64,000 nt of DNA, taken from assembly GCA_950097015.1 (NCBI GenBank), contig CATNEN010000025.1:4960001-5024000 (forward strand). The letters are read 5' to 3'. The stretch comes from Macrostomum hystrix. Lineage: Eukaryota > Animalia > Platyhelminthes. The notes beneath the pieces were generated by a model. The model did no database searches and was not told the origin of the DNA. It saw only the letters and a list, made by a program, of their open reading frames with translations. Positions 1-12,280 of this stretch are shown piece by piece (the first letter of the stretch is position 1; each line of letters starts with the position of its first letter). Both the position numbers and the translations under genes were made by a program.

Positions 1-563
1 GACCAGTTCGGGTTGTCAGTGGAATCTTGTGGAATTTCTAGTGTTTTATTTAAATAATTTAATCGCTTAGCAACAATCGTATCTTCTCCTAGCATTTTGT
101 TGAGCTCCAGGTGTCACTCACACTTATAAAGCATTTTCTTGAAAAGTACGTTTTTTTCTTTAAGGCCAGCAACAAACCCGTCAACGTCTTTCAGAACACA
201 TTCAAGCCGAAGAAGGTGAGGCAGCGAATGTAGAAGTTGTTACATTAGCTGGGTTTCTTATTGAACAATCCGATCAATTCGTTCTTATCGGAGGTTGTTG
301 GCTAAAGTAAAAAGAAGTTTTATTAAAGTACTTTTTAACAGATTTTTATTTGGTGAATGCTTTTACTTCCTGTAGTGTAATTAAACTTTAGCGAATCCGA
401 TTGTACAACATTTTAAATTCAATGAATTGTTGTTCTATTGTTACGAGCTCTGCATAAATTTTAAAGGGCTTATAGCCAGAGAGAGAACCAAGTTTGTTGT
501 GCAGTTTGTGCCGTGCGACTGCTCTGATGCTTCAGCCAATGCTTCGCCTGTCCTACTGGTTTA

Positions 564-1456
564 CTTCACACCCTCCTTCACCAACTTCACACCCTCCTTC
601 ACCAACTTCACACCCTCCTTCATCAACTTCACACCCTCCTTCACCAACTTCACACCCTCCTTCACCAACTTCACACCCTCCTTCATCAACTTCACACCCT
701 CCTTCACCAACTTCACACCCTCCTTCATCAACTTCACACCCTCCTTCACCAACTTCACACCCTCCTTCATCAACTTCACACCCTCCTTCACCAACTTTAC
801 ACCCTCCTTCACCAACTTCACACCCTCCTTCACCAACTTTACATCCTCCTTCACCAACTTTACACCCTCCTTCACCCACTTTACACCCTCCTTCACCAAC
901 TTTACACCCTCCTTCACCAACTTTACACCCTCCTTCACCAACTTTACACCCTCCTTCACCCACTTTACACCCTCCTTCACCAACTTTACACCCTCCTTCA
1001 CCCACTTTACACCCTCCTTCACCAACTTTACATCCTCCTTCACCAACTTTACACCCTCCTTCACCCACTTTACACCCTCCTTCACCAACTTTACACCCTC
1101 CTTCACCAACTTTACATCCTCCTTCACCAACTTTACACCCTCCTTCACCAACTTTACACCCTCCTTCACCAACTTTACACCCTCCTTCACCCACTTTACA
1201 CCCTCCTTCACCAACTTTACACCCTCCTTCACCCACTTTACACCCTCCTTCACCAACTTTACATCCTCCTTCACCAACTTTACACCCTCCTTCACCCACT
1301 TTACACCCTCCTTCACCAACTTTACACCCTCCTTCACCAACTTTACACCCTCCTTCACCAACTTTACACCCTCCTTCACCCACTTTACACCCTCCTTCAC
1401 CAACTTTACATCCTCCTTCACCAACTTCTCACTCTCCCTCACCAACTTCACACCCT
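564..1456. repeat. 21-bp tandem minisatellite (TTCACACCCTCCTTCACCAAC), about 42 copies
   Basis: Period seen directly. Variants TTT/TTC, CATC and CCCAC are partitioned along the array. It generates the spurious ORFs 427..1519. Confidence 0.95.
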
Positions 1457-1700
1457 AATTTGGCAACTTCATTCATGACACGTGACTACTTAGTTGCTTC
1501 GCAGTCTGTTCATCAATAAGTCAGTACTAAATAGCGGTGATGCTGGTCTTAAACACTGGCAAGGTTTCTCTGCTCTCAAACTTTGGCTATGTAAATAAGC
1601 TGTTGCTATTGCCATTTAAATGTGTGCTATTGTTCTCATTAAATTTGTGAATCGCAGTCATCTCGTACAAATAAATAGCCGCCTTTTGTTTCGCCCGCAG

Positions 1701-4115
1701 GGTGCACTGGCTAAGAAGCCGTATAACCCGTTGATCGGCGAGACCTTTCACTGCTCATGGCAGCTTGGTGGAGGAGGAGGAGGAGGAGGAGGCGGCAGCG
1801 GCAGCGGCAGCGGCAGTGACTATCAGCTGGTTTACACTGCCGAGCAGGTGTCGCATCATCCGCCAGTGACCGCTTTCTACCTGGAGTGTCCGCAGAAGCA
1901 GGTGTGGCTAAACGCCAGCATCTACACCAAGAGCAAATTCATGGGCATGAGTATAGGCGTGAACATGTTGGGCCGGATGCAGCTGCACCTGCTAAGGCAT
2001 GGTGAGGTCTACAATATGCAGCTGCCTAGCGCCTACGCGAGATCCATCCTCACCGTGCCATGGGTTGAGCTGGGCGACAAGGTCACCATTAGCTGCGCAA
2101 AGACGGGCTACACCACTTCAGTTGTCTTCCACACCAAGCCATTCTATGGCGGCAAGCTGCATCGGGTAAGCGCCGAAGTTCGAAACCCGGCCAGCGCAGT
2201 AGTCTGCCGAGTCTCTGGCGAGTGGAGCGGCCAGCTAGAGTTCGATTATCCTGCTCTGGGCGTCAAGAAGCTGCTGGATGTCACCCAGCTGCCCGTGACG
2301 CCCAAGCGGGTTCGGCCGAAGCCGCTGCAGAGGCCGTACGAGTCAAGGCGGGTCTGGAGCGCTGTGACCGACGCGCTTCGCTCCGGCGACATCGGACGAG
2401 CCACCGAGGAGAAGCGGAAGGTGAGCCGACGATGCCTTTGCAAACTTAATGAGTGAGGTGTTCAGCCGAGTGAAGGTGTGGAGATAGTGGAGTGATCGTG
2501 GAGTAAGAGTGGAGTGAGAATGGAGTGAGAATTGGGAGAGAGGGTGGATGGAGAGAGAGAGTGGAGAGTGTGGCGAGAGACTGGAGAGAGTGGACAGAGA
2601 ATGGAGAGAGAGTGGAGAGTGTGGCGATAGAGTGGAGATTGTGGCGAGAGAGTGGAGAGTGTTGCGAGAGAGTGGAGAGTGTGGACAGAGAATAGAGAGA
2701 GAGTGGAGAGTGTGGCGATAGAGTGGAGATTGTGGCGAGAGAGTGGAGAGTGTGGCGAGAGAGTGGAGAGTGTGGCGATAGAGTGGAGATTGTGGCGATA
2801 GAGTGGAGACTGTGGCGAGAGAGTGGAGAGTGTTGCGAGAGAGTGGAGAGTGTGGACAGAGAATAGAGAGAGAGTGGAGAGTGTGGCGATAGAGTGGAGA
2901 TTGTGGCGAGAGAGTGGAGAGTGTGGCGATAGAGTGGAGAGTGTGGCGATAGAGTGGAGATTGTGGCGAGAGAGTGGAGAGTGTGGCGAGAGAGTGGAGA
3001 GTGTGGCGAGAGAGTGGAGAGTGTGGCGAGAGAGTGGAGAGTGTGGCGAGAGACTGGAGAGAGTGGACAGAGAATGGAGAGAGAGTGGAGAGTGTGGCGA
3101 TAGAGTGGAGATTGTGGCGAGAGAGTGGAGAGTGTTGCGAGAGAGTGGAGAGTGTGGACAGAGAATGGAGAGAGAGTGGAGAGTGTGGCGATAGAGTGGA
3201 GATTGTGGCGAGAGAGTGGAGAGTGTTGCGAGAGAGTGGAGAGTGTGGACAGAGAATAGAGAGAGAGTGGAGAGTGTGGCGATAGAGTGGAGATTGTGGC
3301 GAGAGAGTGGAGAGTGTGGCGAGAGAGCGGAGAGTGTGGCGATAGAGTGGAGAGTGTGGCGATAGAGTGGAGATTGTGGCGAGAGAGTGGAGAGTGTGGC
3401 GAGAGAGTGGAGAGTGTGGCGAGAGAGTGGAGAGTGTGGCGAGAGACTGGAGAGAGTGGACAGAGAATGGAGAGAGAGTGGAGAGTGTGGCGATAGAGTG
3501 GAGATTGTGGCGAGAGAGTGGAGAGTGTTGCGAGAGAGTGGAGAGTGTGGACAGAGAATGGAGAGAGAGTGGAGAGTGTGGCGATAGAGTGGAGATTGTG
3601 GCGAGAGAGTGGAGAGTGTTGCGAGAGAGTGGAGAGTGTGGACAGAGAATAGAGAGAGAGTGGAGAGTGTGGCGATAGAGTGGAGATTGTGGCGAGAGAG
3701 TGGAGAGTGTGGCGAGAGAGCGGAGAGTGTGGCGATAGAGTGGAGAGTGTGGCGATAGAGTGGAGATTGTGGCGAGAGAGTGGAGAGTGTGGCGAGAGAG
3801 TGGAGAGTGTGGCGAGAGAGTGGAGAGTGTGGCGAGAGAGTGGAGAGTGTGGCGAGAGAGTGGAGAGTGTGGCGAGAGAGTGGAGAGTGTGGACAGAGAA
3901 TGGAGAAAGAGTGGAGTGAGAGGAGAGTGAGTAGACGGCTGTCAGAGTTGCTCACCCGGCATTCCCTGCAGCTGGAGGACATGCAGCGTGGCTGTGAGAA
4001 GTACCGCAAAGACAGGAACCTGCCATTCCCTGTGAAGTACTTCGTTCGCGACGATGACGGCGGGTGGATATTTCGCCGGCCGCTAGAGAGGGACCAAACC
4101 GAAACCGCGGCTTGA
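1701..4115 (+). CDS. Oxysterol-binding-protein-related protein (ORP9/10/11 type), last two coding exons 1701..2420 and 3972..4115; 5' part not identified in the window
   Basis: [17 protein letters not shown], the OSBP signature EQVSHHPP, and [18 protein letters not shown]. Acceptor cccgcag|1701, donor 2420|gtgagc and acceptor ccctgcag|3972 join phase 0 to give EEKRK-LEDMQR...KYF...GGWIF, the typical ORD C-terminus. Confidence 0.9.
2480..3935. repeat. Purine-rich composite minisatellite (core 20-mer GAGAGAGTGGAGAGTGTGGC, with variants and higher-order repeats) filling the last OSBP intron
   Basis: Period seen directly; lies between the donor at 2421 and the acceptor at 3971. Confidence 0.93.
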
Positions 4116-4904
4116 ATTGGCCCTGCGAACTGCACAAGCGGATAATTAGGATTGGAATGCTAAATAATTCAAGCAGCTTAGTCCGCCCGATAATCTTTCT
4201 TAGTAATCCAGTGTGTCTCCCTGCCATTTCCTCACACTAGTGCTGCTTGAGGTCATTGACTCACGGCTGATCTAATGTCTAAATAATTGACTGCCTACCA
4301 TGATTTGCTCAAATTACGAGCAACTTTCTGTAATTAAGCTGGCAGTTGGCTACTTCGCACATGTTAGGGAAATAAGTGCTTGCTCATCTCTCTAATCTAC
4401 TTATAGTAGTTTGTGTGTCATTTAAATCATTTTTTTCTATTTCTTTCCTTTTTAGCAAAGCAAAGGGTTGTATTACAGGGTTGTAACTTGGTAAAAAATT
4501 TGCCTTTCTGTAATAATAGGCTTTGAGCAGGTTTGCCAATAACAGTGATTTGTGCGCGCTATCACTGCCTCTTCCTTATCTCCCTATGTCCCTCTCTCTT
4601 TCGGCAGTGCGTTTGTGTTTGATCTTTCATTTGCTAATAAGGACGCGCTAATTCAGTGCATTTTTATGCTCAGCGCTGACCTAAACCTTGCAGATTGAAG
4701 GAAGAAAAATAATACAGATAATACAGCAATCATTCCAGGCTGAGGTCATATTTTCAGCCTTTTTCTGCCACCTCCTCACTCCCTGTAAAATGATGCACAT
4801 CTTTCAAACGCGAGTAAGAGTGCTTTTCTAGCCTCGTTACTAGACTACAGAAAAGACCTAAAACTATTTCTACGCTCGTAGAATGGATTATGGATGATGT
4901 ACAC

Positions 4905-5451
4905 CAGGGGTCGGCAACCTCCGGCCCGCGGGCCAGATGCGGCCCTCAAAGCTCCCAAATCTGGCCCTTAGCTCCTCCTAACACCTACTCTACAGTACAC
5001 CCTATCTCATCTCTCCCTGTCTCACCTCTCCCCTGTCTTATCTCTCCCCAGTCTCATCTCTCCCCTGTCTTATCTCTCCCCTGTCTTATCTCTCCCCTGT
5101 CTCATCTCTCCCCCCTGTCTCATCTCTCCCCAGTCTCATCTCTCCCCAGTCTCATCTCTCCCCTGTCTCATCTCTCCCCTTTTTCATCTCTCCCCTGTCT
5201 CATCTCTCTTGCGTCTTATCTCCCCTGTCTCATGCGTCTTATCTCTCTCTTGCGTCTTATCTCCCCCGTCTCATCTCTCTTGCGTCTTATCTCCCCCCGT
5301 CTCATCTCTCTTGCGTCTTATCTCCCCCCGTCTTATCTCTCACTTGTCTCATCTCTCACCTGTCTGATCTCTCCCCTTTCTTCATGCGGCCCGCCGTCGT
5401 CTTTAAGATTCTCTCTTTAGCCCGCGGGGTATATAAGGTTGCCGACCCCTG
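4905..5451. mobile_element. Non-autonomous hAT (Charlie-like) MITE, 547 bp, with an internal 16-bp satellite
   Basis: 16-bp perfect TIR CAGGGGTCGGCAACCT (4905) / AGGTTGCCGACCCCTG (5451). Perfect 8-bp TSD ATGTACAC at 4897..4904 and 5452..5459. Subterminal GGCCCGCGGGCC motifs. No ORF. Confidence 0.93.
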
Positions 5452-6454
5452 ATGTACACTGTCCAAGACCAGCGTACATGGACTTTCTCAGCCTTGTTTT
5501 TCTGTCATGCCTTCTCCGTCAACCTCACGCCCTGTGTAGGAAACCCCAGCATGCAGCCACCCCAATCCACTTTTAGTGTACATAGACTATCACACTGACC
5601 CAACTTTTCTATCCCTCTTGCTCCCCACATCACGCCATTCGCGCAATCCGTCAAGCCTATGAGGCTGCACATGATAATCAAATTAAATCGATACCCAGTC
5701 CTGTCAACTGTTGCTTTTTTACACTGCGAACAGAAAATCAAACAAATCAAATCTGAAATAATTGAAAACCTACAGAGCGACGCTGCTTTCCTTGACGGAA
5801 ATCTAGAAAGGTTTTTTCAGTTTGGCAAAAACTCTATTTTAGGACTCATTGACCTGTTCTTCTACACAAGATTTATGAGCCCTGTCTATCTTAATCCCTC
5901 AACTTCCGAGTCTCCGACTTAAGGGATGTCCGGAGTTCGTGGCAAGTGCTGGCTCTCACGAGCTCCTTTTAATGGCGTCCGACTTAATTTCCTGCGTCTC
6001 TGATTACAATGTGGCACCGGCACACGCGGGCACGCGACTGTGTGAGTGTCAGTCTGCTTCGTGCAAATTTTTAATGCGAATTCATTTTGTTTTATTTTTC
6101 CTTAACATAGTGAACTGTTTCTTTTTGTTTGCCACATTTTTGAGAGACTGCAACTGGAAATCAAATTAGAGTGACTTCGTTATTGCGGATTGAGTAAGAA
6201 AAACATTTTTTCTAGGAGTATGTTATGTTCACTGTGAAATATACTGCTGCATGCCGCACTATATATGCTCGACTCTTTGAGCTATGCAAAGTCGATAATA
6301 ATTTATTTTCAGTTTTTTTTCTCCACGAATGCCACCAAGAACCAAGCGTAGCAAGGATGTCAATAAGAAGGGGATGTCGGCAGACTGGTCGCGGGTCAAA
6401 GACGGAATCCGATAGACAACAGCGGACCGATTAGACAGTAGACAGGGAAGGCGG

Positions 6455-6935
6455 GAGAGACACGGGAGACATGAGACACGGAAGAGACGAGACACGGGAG
6501 GGATGAGACACGGGAGAGATGAGACAGGCAAGAGATGAGACAGGGGAGAGATGAGACACGGGAGAGACGAGACACGGGAGGGATGAGACACGGGAGAGAT
6601 GAGACAGGCGAGAGATGAGACAGGGGAGAGATGAGACACGGGAGAGACGATACACGGGAGAGATGAGACACGGGAGAGATGAGACAGGCAAGAGATGAGA
6701 CAGGGGAGAGATGAGACACGGCAGAGATGAGACACGGGAGAGATGAGACACGGGAGAGATGAGACACGGGAGAGATGAGACACGGCAGAGATGAGACACG
6801 GGAGAGATGAGACACGCAAGAGACGAGACACGGGAGAGATGGGACAGGGAAGAGATGAGACACGGGAGAAACGAGACACGGGAGAGATGAGACACGGGAG
6901 AGATAAGCACGGGAGAGATGAGACAGAAGAGATGA
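6455..6935 (-). repeat. 16-bp minisatellite (GAGATGAGACACGGGA), reverse-strand member of the CTCATCTCTCCC family
   Basis: Period seen directly; the reverse complement TCCCGTGTCTCATCTC resembles the MITE-internal unit. Confidence 0.9.
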
Positions 6936-8635
6936 GAGGGCAGAGGGCAGAGTTCGCATTTCCCTTCTGTATCAGGCGTCATCCTTCTATCTGCAGGTCA
7001 TTCACCTCAACAAAAATTCTTCCTTTTGGGATAAAAGGAAGATTAGTATATAAACTTAATCTGCTAAGTAAGGTTTAAGTTAATGTCCACTGCAAATTTG
7101 CTTGATTAATTTTTCAGAGTAATTAATTGCTAGCTGCTACTTGTGTACCCAACCAGCTTTTCGTCCCTTTACCTTCTCTGACTTTAATCTGTTTTGTAGC
7201 CATAAAAGTTTCCTACATTTCCCTAACAACCGTTGCGTCTTTCGCTCAAGGCAGCAACAGCAAAAGAGCTGTAAGGCAAGTGGGCCTAACAAAGGACGCT
7301 AATTGGTATTTCCTGCAACAGAAGTAGAAGTACTTCCTGTGAATTGCCCGTGCCGCCGCCTCAGGCTCTACTCTCCTCTCCTAAATTGTCTCCTGTTTGC
7401 TTAGTTACTATGGCGTATTGACACAGCATGACAGTTTCATATTAGGGGTGGGTTTGCAAGCCGCGTGCTAAGGAATTACAGCAAGCAATCCCCATACACC
7501 TGTCGGTGACATTCCTAGATTTTTGCTAGAACAATCTAGTTGCCATGAAGGGGAAAATTTGAAACAGTCCGGACACATTGTGGCAAATTTTGCAAAGTGT
7601 TTCATTTGAGTACAACCAGTTTTCCGCACAGAAGTGCTGAAGTGCATTTTTCGAAAGAAATAAAAGTACATCTTATTTACGGCCCATCAACATTGGGCAC
7701 AAAAAGTTTTGCGCCTAAAAAATGTTGAATTCAGACTTGCTCGGTTTTTCGCAGCAAAGAGCACAAAAAATTGAACAAAAAAATACATGACTGTGTTCGT
7801 GAGTTACATTTTTCTGCATGAATAGTACCTGCTAACCTGCAGTTATGACAGTGACATAAAATAAAAGCATCAGAAGCAAGAGAGACAGGTGAAACAGAAA
7901 ATACTTTCGATATTTGCACATAAGTTGTGCATTATTAAGTGAAATTGTGGTAAATCGACAGTGTTCCAACAGGTAAGAAAGATGATTAACCATAAAAAAT
8001 AGATTAATCGTGTCTTTTGTGCTTACAGAAAAATGATGAGCTTGCTTATGTGCTGAGGGATCGCGCAAAGCAGTTTAGCTGCATGGGTCTACAAATCAAA
8101 CCTGGTGTTTATTTAGGTTGCCATAAATATGCTTATCAAGCCGAAGGGAATAAAAAAACACAACCTTGCTTTTATCCAAATCCCTATAGCAGATGCTAAA
8201 GCCCTGTTCAGAATGCATTCATTTTAAAGCATGCTTAGTTCGTACTTACGTGAAGTGCTTACAAAGCGGCGGCACAACTCTCTTTTGTGGAAAAATCTTT
8301 CTTTAATCCTCGCTTTTTTACTCAACGGCGCAGATGACAGTCGGGGACACTGAATATTTGAATATAGGATGCTCAACAAGGAGCTGTACACTTGCCTGCA
8401 ATCGCTAGGTGTTGCTTGCCTAGTAAACACGCATACCACGTACGATAACAGCCGTCCAAGCTGTGACAAAAAGAAACATGTACAACATGAAAAGATACTG
8501 ATGTAGAACGCCTTTAGTCCTGCATTTGGAAAGGGAATGTGGTGCTGAAGGGAATCAGAAAATCGACTACTGAAGACCGCTTCCAGTTCTTATAGCCTGC
8601 AGAGCGACCTTGATGGGTAGGTCGCGTACCCCCGA

Positions 8636-10711
8636 CTACATATGAGCGGCAGGGACCTCGCTGCATTGAAACTCAACAATGCGAAAGGCCTCTAGAAACT
8701 CGTTAAAGTCAATGCTGCCGTCATTGTTCAGGTCCATAGCCTTTGCCATGTCTGCAACCTCAGATTCTGACAAATTTCGCTGCGTCGCCTGGGAGAGAAT
8801 GCGGCAGCACTCCTTGAACTCCTCCAGGCTGATACGTCCGCTACTGTCTTGATCCATAATGCGAAAGATCGTCTCCAGCTCCTCCTTGTTCTTGTACACA
8901 GCTTCAGTCATCGAGGCGTCGGGCGTGGAGGCAGCCCGGGAATTCTGGGCGCTGTTCTGTACAGCCGCTCGTTGAAAAGTCGACATGTACAACAAGCGAC
9001 CGTCCGGAGAGATTTGGGCCAAGTGCGGACGCAGCGTTCTCCATGGCAAATTAAGCTTCAGTTCACTCTCCATGACGCTGCACCACTGCGCGACTGTCAC
9101 ATAGCCAGTCTTGGCTGAGTCCAGCCGGCCGAAAGCATCCACCAGTTCGGTCTTGGAGGCGGCAATCTTGGCGCGCAGACTGCGCAGAGCGCTGTCTTCG
9201 ACGCTCGACAACTGCACGCCCTGCGGCAGCAGGCTGGCCTTGCTGGCCGTGTACTGCACCGTGCGCAGCTGGCCATCGTTGTCTAATTTCGCATAGGCGC
9301 CCCGGTTGCTGCCCTCCGAGTAATAACTGGAGGCGGAAAATATCGTCAAAACATTGCCACCGTGACAAAACTCCCAGCCTTCTGGCTTGCACTCGTGCGA
9401 CCGAATCAGCATTTTTAGCTTGTTCCGGCGCAGGAAGTCCGCTGTGACGTCTGGACCAAAGTAGCAGCCACCGCCTCGGAATGTGTTCGGCCGACAACCG
9501 GGCTGCGTTTTTGGATCACTCCAAAGCAGGTCCAACACCTGGCGCCATTCCAGATAGTCAACTTTACCATCTTCAGTGCGTGGCGGTCGCAGTGGCGACA
9601 AGTACTTATGGCGATCCAGGCGGCCAAGTAATGCCAGGTCCAACTTGTCTGAGATGCCTCCGTGTGCCACTAAAACTTGGTCATCAATTACAGCCGCGAG
9701 GGGCAGCCAGGCAAACACATCGGCGAACAGCTGCACAATCTTGTTGGCAGTCTGGCGGTACTTTGTCTGCACCTCCTTGATGAAGCCGTAGCGGCAGTTC
9801 ATCACGTGATCTTCATGATTGCCCCGGTTGACGCAGACTGCAGTGGGCCACACCAGCTGGCAAGCAAACAACAAGGCCGCGACCTCTATCGAGTTGGCGC
9901 CGCGGTCGACGAAGTCCCCATTGAAGATATATGGATTTGTGACATCCGGGAGGCCGTTTTTGTAAAATATGACGAGGAGATCGTCCAGCTTTCCGTGCAG
10001 ATCGCCGATCACGGTCACCTGCCGTGAGATGCTCGTGCTAGCCTGGTAAATATTAGGTCTGGCTTGCAGGGCGAGTCGAGTCTCATGCAGCAGTTGCAGC
10101 AGGTACCGGGCGTGGAGCGTTCCATCCTGTCTGAAGTGGTCTATCATCAGCTGCAGCTGGCTGGAATTCAGTGGAAACGTCAGGTGTGGTCCTGGGTACG
10201 ACTTTTCTACCTCTATTTTGTCGAAGCTTGTCTTATCTAGCAAGTCGCGCTCATCTGAGGTTCCGCCGTGACTTTGGCGAAGCCTTTGAGCAAAGCCACC
10301 TGAGCCGCCGTCGTCGCCACCGCCTTCAGCATCCGAAGTGCCAAGACGCAGCATGTCATTGAAGAAGTTGTGCATATGCAGCTGGCTGGCCTCACTCGAG
10401 TACTCGATGCTCTGATAAACGACCCAGGCTGCACGCCGTCTGGCTTCGAGACGAGCCTTGTACCTACGATACCATTTTTGGATGAGCACAGCTGACTTCA
10501 GGCTCACCTGGCTGCTGCTAATTGACTTCGCAGCCGTCTTGCTGGCCTTCATTGCGGGACTAGCGGCCAGCTTCTTCTCTTTGTCGCCGTCACCGAGCGC
10601 AGCGTCGCGAACGCTGGCCGAGTCGTCAGCGGTAGTGCTTCCAACGGCTCCTTGTCCGTTCTCGACGCCGCTAGCATTCTGCGGTGCCACAGAGCTCTGC
10701 CCGCAACCCAT
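8636..10711 (-). CDS. PPEF: PPEF/rdgC Ser/Thr phosphatase with EF-hands, 691 aa, intronless
   Basis: ATG at 10711 gives MGCGQS (myristoylation/palmitoylation-type N-terminus); the track start at 10717 is a TTG. IQ motif LIQKWYRRYKAR. Intact PPP motifs GDLHG, GDFVDRG, RGNHE, HGG, WSDP, RSHE. EF-hands DQDSSGRISLEEF and DLNNDGSIDFNEF. Confidence 0.95.
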   Translation of the reverse strand: MGCGQSSVAPQNASGVENGQGAVGSTTADDSASVRDAALGDGDKEKKLAASPAMKASKTAAKSISSSQVSLKSAVLIQKWYRRYKARLEARRRAAWVVYQSIEYSSEASQLHMHNFFNDMLRLGTSDAEGGGDDGGSGGFAQRLRQSHGGTSDERDLLDKTSFDKIEVEKSYPGPHLTFPLNSSQLQLMIDHFRQDGTLHARYLLQLLHETRLALQARPNIYQASTSISRQVTVIGDLHGKLDDLLVIFYKNGLPDVTNPYIFNGDFVDRGANSIEVAALLFACQLVWPTAVCVNRGNHEDHVMNCRYGFIKEVQTKYRQTANKIVQLFADVFAWLPLAAVIDDQVLVAHGGISDKLDLALLGRLDRHKYLSPLRPPRTEDGKVDYLEWRQVLDLLWSDPKTQPGCRPNTFRGGGCYFGPDVTADFLRRNKLKMLIRSHECKPEGWEFCHGGNVLTIFSASSYYSEGSNRGAYAKLDNDGQLRTVQYTASKASLLPQGVQLSSVEDSALRSLRAKIAASKTELVDAFGRLDSAKTGYVTVAQWCSVMESELKLNLPWRTLRPHLAQISPDGRLLYMSTFQRAAVQNSAQNSRAASTPDASMTEAVYKNKEELETIFRIMDQDSSGRISLEEFKECCRILSQATQRNLSESEVADMAKAMDLNNDGSIDFNEFLEAFRIVEFQCSEVPAAHM

Positions 10712-12280
10712 GCCCAATTTGTTGCTTACAGAGGTGCAAATTTTTCAGAAGTCGCCTTCGGAAGGTTAAGATCAGTATCGAGTCAGTTTGTCAATAAAAT
10801 GAGGCCTCCAGAGAGAACAGAAAGTGGCAGATCTCCACTGATCCTCATGTGCGAGGATCTTGTATTGTGCGAGCCAATTATGCTTTGTCTCTTTTTAATG
10901 CCTTTTAGCTCGCTCTAGTTTTGAAATTCGAAAACGCATCTGGGTCCGTGGCTGTGGTCGCTTCTGTACTGCGTTTCAGCGTTCTCATGTGTCTCGTGTC
11001 CGTCCAGGTTACACCATTGGCTGGCCGTCGCCGTGGAAAATGGGTGAAGGGAAGGAAAAAAGAAAGTTGGCTAGCTTGGCACTGCGGTTGAGGATGGGAA
11101 CGCAGTAACCCTGGGTGATCTGGGCTCTCCTCCTACTCTGGCTCTGGATCCTATGGGTGTGGTCTGGGCTGGACAATATGAGCAAAGAAATAGAGAGAAA
11201 ATTCCTATCCCAGCTACCTTCTACCTTGTTCCTTGCGGCTCACGATCCCTTCGTATTCATAGTCGGAGGCATGCCACTGTACTCTCTCCCCCGTGCCGTC
11301 AGCTAATAGAGGGTGCAGCATTCAAAGCCTGCCCAACCTCTCCACCTGTCTCTCCCTTCTCTTCAGATCCTTCTGTGCCTCCGCCTGTCCCAGCGTCGGA
11401 TTGCCCTAGCCACCCCCCGCAAGCCACTTCTGAAGCGCGCGCCACCTGGGCTCAGCAGCATTGCTGAATTGTCCACCTGGTGGTCCTACGGACCTGCGCT
11501 ACGCGCGCTTTGGTAGTCCAAAGAGACTGGATGGCTAGTACCAACAGAGTGAATTATTTCCAGATGTAAAAATAATGGCTCTGCCTGCAAAAGCTAACAA
11601 ACGAATGAGCTAAGTTTCCTCGACTGGTAACAGGGACGAAAATAAAGGACCATGCAGGGTCTGTTTTTTCGCTATAATTGTCCCTATAGCTACCAATTGA
11701 AATTTCCTATTTTCTCCTCAACATTGTAGCTCAACACTGTAGCCAAATATGTAAGACAATGGACTTCACACGATCCTTGGCCTAGCCCCCTTTATTCTTT
11801 TTTCGTTAAAGCGGACTTCCATAAGGTGCTAATTTCCTTACTCAGCGGTAACGAGCTGCCACTGAACTCAAAATCTAGGTCGGTTTCAGCTCAGAAGCCT
11901 TGTCGAAATTTACAGGATCGGTATATTTGGAACAGAAAAAAGGTAATATGTAAGACGACGAAACATCAGAGGACGAGACGTGTAAATTCAAGTCAAAGAA
12001 AAAAGAGGCATGAAAGAAAGAAAATTCTAACTCGGGATTTTATGTTTATGGTAAAAATACACCCTGCAAAAGGCTAGCGTTGAGGATTTTTTCAGTCTAG
12101 ATGTTATATGTAGAAGTCTTTTGTCTGAATACTTTATTAAACGTACCATAGACAAAAAGAAAAGCAGCGAAATTGTTACAATATTTTTTTGCAGCATTAA
12201 ATAGCACACATTAATGCTCCTGAGCGGTCTCAACTAAAGACAGTAAAAAACTAATTTTCAAGCGACAGAACGCGACAACA

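Noticed and set aside
165-215. Possible upstream OSBP exon (taag|GCC...AAG|gtgag, ASNKPVNVFQNTFKPKK)
   Set aside because: Splice signals and phase fit, but the peptide does not match the expected YYL..FH.GRK segment preceding [10 protein letters not shown]. Left unassigned.
427-1519. Long ORFs (FTPSFTN, HPPSPT, GEGGCKV, KLVKEGV heptads)
   Set aside because: All are translations of a 21-bp DNA repeat open in several frames on both strands, with no unique coding flanks. The same applies to the repeat ORFs at 2462, 15003, 37854, 42424, 44432, 48822, 54445, 57366 and 60658.
10712-10717. PPEF start at 10717 (MGMGCG)
   Set aside because: That codon is TTG. The ATG at 10711 gives the family-typical MGCG N-terminus.
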